Under the pieces are notes generated by a model. The model made no database searches. It had not been told where the DNA came from and saw nothing but the letters and a program-made list of their open reading frames with translations. The position numbers were made by a program, and so were the translations under genes. Shown here piece by piece: positions 57,529 through 64,000 of a stretch of 64,000 nucleotides of DNA (positions are counted from its first letter, which is position 1; each line of letters opens with the position of its first letter). This stretch comes from a candidate division WOR-3 bacterium. GTDB taxonomy: Bacteria > Hydrothermota > Hydrothermia > LBFQ01. The stretch covers positions 5,004-69,003 of the forward strand of contig JALUCS010000126.1 of the NCBI GenBank assembly GCA_027050205.1, read 5' to 3'.

Positions 57529-60500
57529 ATGCCCCGACGAAGTTTTGGCTATCTCGTCCATAAAATAATGGCCATGATAGGCTCCGTTATCCTCGTAGCC
57601 GCTAGCATAGGCGACCTCTTTCCCATAGCAGAGGCCGATTTGGAGGCCGAGGTTATGTTCCTTGCGGGGGTTTCGGCTTTCCGCATAAGGGAATTGAGGG
57701 AACTTAAGGACATAAGGGACCTGTGCCTCCATTCTGTGGCCAAAGACCTACCGATTTTGACGGCGTCCTCGTGCTACCTTTACGCCGAGAGGTTGAACGG
57801 TCTGGCCAAGTACGACTCCGCCCTCAATTACTACGGCTATGCCTTGAAGGGTATAGAGAAACTCAAGCATCATCGTATAAGGCGGATAGATGTTGTTCTA
57901 GATTCATCTTTTATTAATTTTATTGCATCGTTTCCGAAAATTCGCCAAGAATTACCCAGAATAATAGACACGTACGGGTATAAGATTACCATAACGCCCG
58001 GATTGTTGGGAGAATTGGCGAAGGTGGTGGAGGGAGACATATACCTCGGTATGGGAAGGGCGAAGTATTACAAGGTATCTTACGGGTTGGACCCCGAACG
58101 GATAGACCTCTTCTACAGCACACTATCTGACGCCGAAAGGGACTATAAGAAGGCCGTAGTATCCTATATGGAGATGTTTTTGCCCGGCGTGAAAGACACC
58201 TTCAACTTCCCCAACCCCAAACTGGGCCGAGCCTACCTCCACCTCGCCGCCCTCTACAAACTTAGGGGGGAGATTCAGAGGTCCGACTCCCTATACACAA
58301 AGGCCAGCGACAACCTCGGTAATGTGGCTGCGTGGTACTTCGCCCTCGTATCCGACAGATTCCCGGATATGGAGAGGGCTAAGCCGTACATCCGTAAGGC
58401 CAAACTTTACACCCTCCTATCTTTGGAACCGCTCCTGAAGAGGATCAAGTACGACTACGGGAAGTTAGCCGATACCTACCTAATGCTTGGAAAGATAGCC
58501 CTTGTGGAGGGGAATATGAGACTGGCCCTATCAACCTACCGCAGAGTCAACACCCTAAGCCTCTCTTACGCCTCCGAGTACCTTGACACCGTAGTGTCCG
58601 ACTACCTATGCTTCCTGAACGAGGAGGGATGCGGGGACGGTTGGGTACAGGCAATGCTACGGACAGCCGGGAAGAGATACGAGAGGTTCAACAAGGCCGA
58701 AGCCTACGGGATGTTGGCCGAGACCTACGAGCTGAAGGGGGACTTGAGGAGGGCCGTACGGTACTACGGGAGGATGGCGGAGGTCTATCTGAACTACGGA
58801 CGAAGGATTAGAGAAAGAAAAACGAAGAAAAAACTAAAAAATTTAATTGATTATCTCAAAAAATACACCTACTTAAACTCCCCCTCCGGCGCCCAGGTTC
58901 TCTTGGCGGCCGGTGAGATATACGACGCCCTCGGATACCACCACGTCGCCCTCTCCTACTATCGGAAGGCCCTTAAGATATACAGCGATTGCTCCAAAGA
59001 GCGGGACAAAGGGGAGACCTACTTCCATATCTGGAGGAGCTTCCTGATAAGGGGAGACTACGCAAAGGCCTTCAGGTACCGCGACAGCATAACCCGAACG
59101 GACAGCCTACGGGCGGGGGACCTACACTTCGGGACGGGTAGGTACTACGAAGCGAGGAAGGATTACAGCAGAGCAGTGGAGTACTACCTCCGCGCCCTCA
59201 AAGCCTACTCCTCCCTCAAGGGAAGTCTGAAACTCGTCAAGATGATCGCCACCACCGAACGCCTGATAGAGACCTACGAGAAGCAGGGGAAGTACGGCAA
59301 GATGAAGGATCTCTACAGGTCCCTCTTCCTATCCTATCAGAGACTCGGAGAACTTGAGGGAGACACGGCCTACTACTCAAAGGCCTTGGAAACGTACGAA
59401 CGGCACCTGAAGGACGATACCCTCAAGGAGGTCCTTGGGTCCTCCGCCCTGCTCTACCTGATCTCCGCCAAATTTTACAGGGAGAAGGGAGATTACCGGA
59501 GGGCTATAGAGTACTACCGTAAGTTCTTAGACACCTACGAACGTACCGGGGATACCTCCACCGACCTAAGGAACGTCTATGCGGATCTTGGAGTGCTGTA
59601 CTCCCAGATAGGGAAGGAGGACGAGGCTAAGAGGTACTACAAGGCAGCCGGTTTAGAGATACGACCGGAGGACAGGATCCTCGCCACGGCAGAGGCTTAC
59701 CTTCAGGAGTGTATGAAGGGTGGTCCCAAAGGGGCGTGCGGGAAGGCGGAGGAACTCCTTACGAAACTCGGACCTCCCTACAGGTACAGGTTGTACGAGG
59801 TGTATTTCGCCCTGGCGACCTACCACCTCCACAATCGCCCTAAGGAGTACGTGGAGCGTATGCTCAAGGCCGTAAGTCTGGCGGACTCCCTACGTACGGT
59901 GTGCCTCTCCGGAAACGTCCCCAAAGGAATAGACTGCGACGACTTCCACCATGCGAGGAACCCCCTCTTCCTCCTCTACTACTACCTAGCCCTAAACTAC
60001 AGCCGTTGGGCGGAGGAGGTGTCTAACAGGCGGAGGGACAGCCTCTTCTTTACCTACGTACGGCTATCGGAGGAGTACGCCCTACGGGCCAAGGAGGCCG
60101 CCACCTCGCCCTACGTTTCGGACGCGGAGGGTGTCGGGGACGCCTTAGAGGACATCTACTTCCTCCTCGGAAACCTGTACTACACGGCCGCCCTGTATAA
60201 GAGCCGGGAGGGGCTGAAACGCTTCGAGAGGGAGGCGGACGCGAGGATAAAAAGGTACAAGGACGAGACCGTAAAGGAGGCTAAATCGGTATCTCGCTAC
60301 GACTTTGTGGGCGATAATATGTACAAGGAAATTACTGATAGTCTCAATAAAGCGAAGGATAAGGTGGTATATAAGACCCCGAAGGAGGAGGACCTGTACA
60401 GGTACGTAATCCTCAAGAGTCGGTGGCGCGAGTACTCCATACGGCGGTGGATGACCTCGTTCAGGGAAAAGAGGGTGATACAACTGATGAAGAAGGAGAT

Positions 60501-61161
60501 AGAGGCGGGCTTCAAATCGGGGAGGGGGATGATACTGATGGTTGACGGCAGACCCTACCTGTCAAAGGCCATAAACTCCTTCGTTCAGGGCCTCAAGTAC
60601 GCCCAGATGGGATACTTCAAGGAACCGGAGGACCCTAAAACCCTCTTTCAGTTCCACGACCAACTCGCCATCGTTGGCCCGGATATGAACGTACCCGCGA
60701 TGAAGGTGGCCAACCTATCCTGTCGGAAGGATATGGACATCGGACCCGAAGACGGGGAACTTTACATCGCCATCACCCCCTCCGTATGCGAGAGGATCAA
60801 ACGCCTACCCTACGACTACCTCAACTCCCCCGCTTGGACAGGGTTCTTCTTTAACGCCCTCCACTACGACATCGTAGCCGAACAGGTTGGCCTCAACACC
60901 GGGTACTCCCTCCTTATACTCTTCGCCTCCCCCAACGAGAGCCTGAAACAGTACTCCACCCTCCTCCACCGTCCCTACACCTCACGGAAGGCCGAAGTAT
61001 CCGAGCGTATGGGCGAGATCTCCTCCCTCCTCGGTCTGCGGAAGGATGCCGAGCAGCTGTGCGCCGTAGCCTACGACGAAGACCTCGTCGAGGGGGAGCG
61101 GTGCTACAGGCACCTCTACTGGCTCTACATCCGGAAAGGATACTACGGCCAACTCCGATGA
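57529..61161 (+). CDS. Large TPR-repeat protein
   Basis: Many helical repeats (GDY-x-x-A-x-x-YY-x-KAL type); hydrophobic N-terminal segment. Confidence 0.8.
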   Translation: MPRRSFGYLVHKIMAMIGSVILVAASIGDLFPIAEADLEAEVMFLAGVSAFRIRELRELKDIRDLCLHSVAKDLPILTASSCYLYAERLNGLAKYDSALNYYGYALKGIEKLKHHRIRRIDVVLDSSFINFIASFPKIRQELPRIIDTYGYKITITPGLLGELAKVVEGDIYLGMGRAKYYKVSYGLDPERIDLFYSTLSDAERDYKKAVVSYMEMFLPGVKDTFNFPNPKLGRAYLHLAALYKLRGEIQRSDSLYTKASDNLGNVAAWYFALVSDRFPDMERAKPYIRKAKLYTLLSLEPLLKRIKYDYGKLADTYLMLGKIALVEGNMRLALSTYRRVNTLSLSYASEYLDTVVSDYLCFLNEEGCGDGWVQAMLRTAGKRYERFNKAEAYGMLAETYELKGDLRRAVRYYGRMAEVYLNYGRRIRERKTKKKLKNLIDYLKKYTYLNSPSGAQVLLAAGEIYDALGYHHVALSYYRKALKIYSDCSKERDKGETYFHIWRSFLIRGDYAKAFRYRDSITRTDSLRAGDLHFGTGRYYEARKDYSRAVEYYLRALKAYSSLKGSLKLVKMIATTERLIETYEKQGKYGKMKDLYRSLFLSYQRLGELEGDTAYYSKALETYERHLKDDTLKEVLGSSALLYLISAKFYREKGDYRRAIEYYRKFLDTYERTGDTSTDLRNVYADLGVLYSQIGKEDEAKRYYKAAGLEIRPEDRILATAEAYLQECMKGGPKGACGKAEELLTKLGPPYRYRLYEVYFALATYHLHNRPKEYVERMLKAVSLADSLRTVCLSGNVPKGIDCDDFHHARNPLFLLYYYLALNYSRWAEEVSNRRRDSLFFTYVRLSEEYALRAKEAATSPYVSDAEGVGDALEDIYFLLGNLYYTAALYKSREGLKRFEREADARIKRYKDETVKEAKSVSRYDFVGDNMYKEITDSLNKAKDKVVYKTPKEEDLYRYVILKSRWREYSIRRWMTSFREKRVIQLMKKEIEAGFKSGRGMILMVDGRPYLSKAINSFVQGLKYAQMGYFKEPEDPKTLFQFHDQLAIVGPDMNVPAMKVANLSCRKDMDIGPEDGELYIAITPSVCERIKRLPYDYLNSPAWTGFFFNALHYDIVAEQVGLNTGYSLLILFASPNESLKQYSTLLHRPYTSRKAEVSERMGEISSLLGLRKDAEQLCAVAYDEDLVEGERCYRHLYWLYIRKGYYGQLR

Positions 61162-61162
61162 C

Positions 61163-62362
61163 CTACCACTCCACCTCCACTATCTGGGCGTTCTCCTTGG
61201 TATCAAACGAGGAGGACGTCTTGAAGATGTTGAGGGCATCGTCGTAGGACTGGACTGCCTCCCTTACGAACATCGGCTCCTCCCTCAAATAGAACCTGAT
61301 GTGGTAGATGGCAAACAGGAGGCCCATTATCCCCCCCACCACGTACGGGGAGTAAGGCTCACCCACCCCCACGAGACGCTGGAAGTCGTTCTCGTAGAAG
61401 TTATGGACCTTCGCTACCGCCCTCCCCTCTCTGATCTCCTCCACCTTCCAGAACCCCATCCCCCAGAACTTCATACTCCCCATTATGGCCCGGAAGAAAT
61501 CCTCCGGGGTCTCCGGGTTCCCGTAGGCCACCTTACCTATGGATGTGTAGTACAGGGTGACGAAGGTCATCAGGAAGCCGGCGTACCCGGTGAAGCGGAG
61601 GGTCAGGTCGGCGGTCTGGAAGTCCCCCTCCGTCAGGGCCTTCCACGTGGCGTAGGAGAAGTAGTCGGTGGGGAAGTACAGGAAGGCCACCCTCTTGAGA
61701 CCCCCGTAGGCCGAGGGGAGGTAAATGTTTCCGGAATCGTCGGCCGGAGGTATGGCCTCCCTTAAGAGGCTAACCTTTTCAAAGAAGTCCGGGTTCTCCT
61801 CCCGATAGAAGTTGAGGGTATCGTACCTAACCTTGGGAAACTCAAGACGTGAGGCTCTGACCTTAGGGACCATACGGCACACGGGGTCCTGCATCGCCAC
61901 GCACTCCACCTCCTCAACGTACACCGTACCCGGAGGCCTATCCAGCGCCAGATCCAAAGTGGCGGCTATGAAGCCCCTCTGAAAGTCGCATATAGGTACG
62001 TCCGAGGGAGCGTGATGCACGTAGAGGTAGGTCTGGGCTATAGGGGAGGCGAGGAGTTTGACGCTATCCTTACCGACCATAACGCTCCCGTACCCGAAAC
62101 TCATAAAGAGGGTCTCGGCGAAGTCAAGGAAGGCGTCTTTCCCTTCAAGTTTGAGCACCTCCCTCGCCCTTTTCAAGGTACGGTAGTTTGCAAAGACGGA
62201 GGCCCTATAGAGTATCTCCTTGCCCTTGGGGTGGGAGGCACGTATGGCATCCTCAAAGTACTGGTTCAGAAACGCCGACCTGTACGCGTACGGGTATCCG
62301 AAAACGAGGGATCTACCCGTACTGGGGTCAAACTCAACGAAATCAAGCGTGTGCTTTATCAT
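61163..62362 (-). CDS. V4R-domain protein (tandem V4R-like units)
   Basis: SFGYG...PICDFQRGFIAA...VEEVECVAMQDPVC; second unit FWGMG...VGGIMG lacks the Cys residues. Confidence 0.7.
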   Translation of the reverse strand: MIKHTLDFVEFDPSTGRSLVFGYPYAYRSAFLNQYFEDAIRASHPKGKEILYRASVFANYRTLKRAREVLKLEGKDAFLDFAETLFMSFGYGSVMVGKDSVKLLASPIAQTYLYVHHAPSDVPICDFQRGFIAATLDLALDRPPGTVYVEEVECVAMQDPVCRMVPKVRASRLEFPKVRYDTLNFYREENPDFFEKVSLLREAIPPADDSGNIYLPSAYGGLKRVAFLYFPTDYFSYATWKALTEGDFQTADLTLRFTGYAGFLMTFVTLYYTSIGKVAYGNPETPEDFFRAIMGSMKFWGMGFWKVEEIREGRAVAKVHNFYENDFQRLVGVGEPYSPYVVGGIMGLLFAIYHIRFYLREEPMFVREAVQSYDDALNIFKTSSSFDTKENAQIVEVEW

Positions 62363-62367
62363 CTTCC

Positions 62368-63408
62368 TTAAAGGTCAAAATGAAGTTTCAACCTCCGATA
62401 GAGATCCTCGGGGTGCGGGTACGTCCGGACGTAGCGGGCTATCTCCACCCGGAGGAGGCTCTTGGGCTTGTCATCAACCCTCCGCATCACCGTCTCAACT
62501 ATCCGGGCGATCTCCTCCTTCGTACGTCTCGCCTCATCAAGGGCGTCAGCAAGGCGCATTACCTCAAGCTTGTGAGGATACACACCCCTACCCGTACTCC
62601 GCAGACCTACGAATACTCCCCTACCCTTGTACCTGACGTATAGGGCGAAGGGTTTCCCGACGCTCCTTACGGTCTCCCAGGGGTACTCCTCAAGGAGGTT
62701 GAGGAGGTTATCCGTCTCCCTCTTCAACGCTGGGAAGAGCCGCAGGAGGTTGGGGCCGTACTCCGTCTCCCCTACAAACTCCCTCCCCCTAAGCGCCCCA
62801 TAGACCACGGCAACGTGAGGGAAGAACAGGATGTAGTGGCCCGTTAAGCCGATGGATACCACCTGATGATGGACATCTACGAGGAAATCCTCCTCGGCCG
62901 GCTCGTCCATAAAGGAGACCGAAAGGACACCCATCGCCTTCAACTCCGGTAGGAGCGACAGGGTATCCACACCCCCGCCCTTGAGGTTCAAGGTAGGCTC
63001 CTCGCCGGTACCGAAGAGTTTCCGGACCGATTCCCTGTTCAACTCCTCTACGTGGATCGTGAAGTCCCAATCGTTCCGCCTTATGGCACTTACGACATCC
63101 TCAAGGACCCTCTGGCTGTACCTCTCAAGGTGGCGGAAAAGGGCCTTACCGTACTTGCGGTGGGCCAGGGCTACGATATTCTCCTTAGCACTCTTCACCT
63201 CCTCCTCGCTTAAAAGTTTCTCGTACCAAGGCTCGCTGACCACGAAGGAATGGGCCATTATCGGAAGTCCCCTTACGAAGTAAAGCGTTAGAAGCGGATC
63301 GTCAAAGGGTTGCCGCCTCAACCGCAGCACAACAGATCTGCGGTTCTTTCGTATATTCCGCAAAATATCAATTAAATTATCAATTTTGCCTCTGATTATT
63401 CCCTTCAT
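62368..63408 (-). CDS. Hypothetical protein (possible DUF4388-like N-terminus)
   Basis: 346-aa ORF; LIDIL...LYFVRGLPIMAH; stop is 5 nt before the V4R gene start. Confidence 0.55.
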   Translation of the reverse strand: MKGIIRGKIDNLIDILRNIRKNRRSVVLRLRRQPFDDPLLTLYFVRGLPIMAHSFVVSEPWYEKLLSEEEVKSAKENIVALAHRKYGKALFRHLERYSQRVLEDVVSAIRRNDWDFTIHVEELNRESVRKLFGTGEEPTLNLKGGGVDTLSLLPELKAMGVLSVSFMDEPAEEDFLVDVHHQVVSIGLTGHYILFFPHVAVVYGALRGREFVGETEYGPNLLRLFPALKRETDNLLNLLEEYPWETVRSVGKPFALYVRYKGRGVFVGLRSTGRGVYPHKLEVMRLADALDEARRTKEEIARIVETVMRRVDDKPKSLLRVEIARYVRTYPHPEDLYRRLKLHFDL

Positions 63409-64000
63409 AGAAAAACTATTCTAAGGCTGTTCAAAAATCTCCGTCCCTGTGGGAATCGTACTATTTTTACACATTTACCAATTATATATGGAAATTTACA
63501 GAAATATAATTCATAATTTCACCAAAATATTGGATACAATTAGCGCTACACTGAAATTATTAAACACTTTTGGTGCGGTGAAGGTTTGAAAGGGGGAATG
63601 AAATAAAACACAAATGAAGTTTAAAATGTACCAATAAAGCGTAAAAATTCCAAGAAATATGCGACTTAATACGTTTAAAGTCCAAGATACCTTATTTTTC
63701 TTATGAAGCTACTCTTAAATAACAATGCGAAAATCCTGCAATCAAAATAGCTATAAAAATACAGCTGAATTTGTGAAATATAATACATAACTCCTTAAAA
63801 AATTGAAAAATATGCACAAGAAACAAAAACGCCAGGAACACGCCGCCGATTGACCTTCGGCAACCCTACACACCGGAGCAGTTCCGGGATAGAATAACCC
63901 TCTATGCTCTTAATTTTCCTAAGTCAGGCCCAGGGGGGAACGGCCGATACTACTACCACCCCGAAGGCGGTCTATATAGGCCAGATACAGTTCATAGGCG

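Noticed and set aside
63923-63945. GTCAGGCCCAGGGGGGAACGGC resembling SRP RNA domain IV
   Set aside because: It lacks the GNRA tetraloop and AGCAG motif, and no long flanking stem is evident.

Overview
GC-rich bacterial chromosome segment, probably from a diderm thermophile. T9SS-like sorting domains and several Aquificota/archaea-type enzymes suggest a WOR-3-like lineage, but this is inference only. The window appears to contain the replication terminus: a XerCD dif-like site (12098-12125) lies where KOPS octamers (GGGNAGGG) switch strand. Around it is a dense array of an unrecognised 24-26 bp palindrome (ATTGYTC-N10-GARCAAT), found in intergenic DNA and inside genes. This is the best candidate for an undescribed system, a matS-like terminus organiser. 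Other content: a defence island (Type I hsdR and hsdS without hsdM, a DarT-macrodomain fusion, DUF3800, MntA/HepT bracketed by a 43-bp promoter duplication, PIN, GIY-YIG-like); a stand-alone MAD3/MAD4-like ATPase-TOPRIM pair; PPi-centred gluconeogenesis genes (ppdK, hppA, FBP aldolase/phosphatase); tRNA-Ala; many envelope proteins with ultra-short signal peptides; widespread leaderless-type promoters; and AT-rich spacers with phased A-tracts. All family calls are from motif recognition, not database searches, and motif counts are manual tallies.
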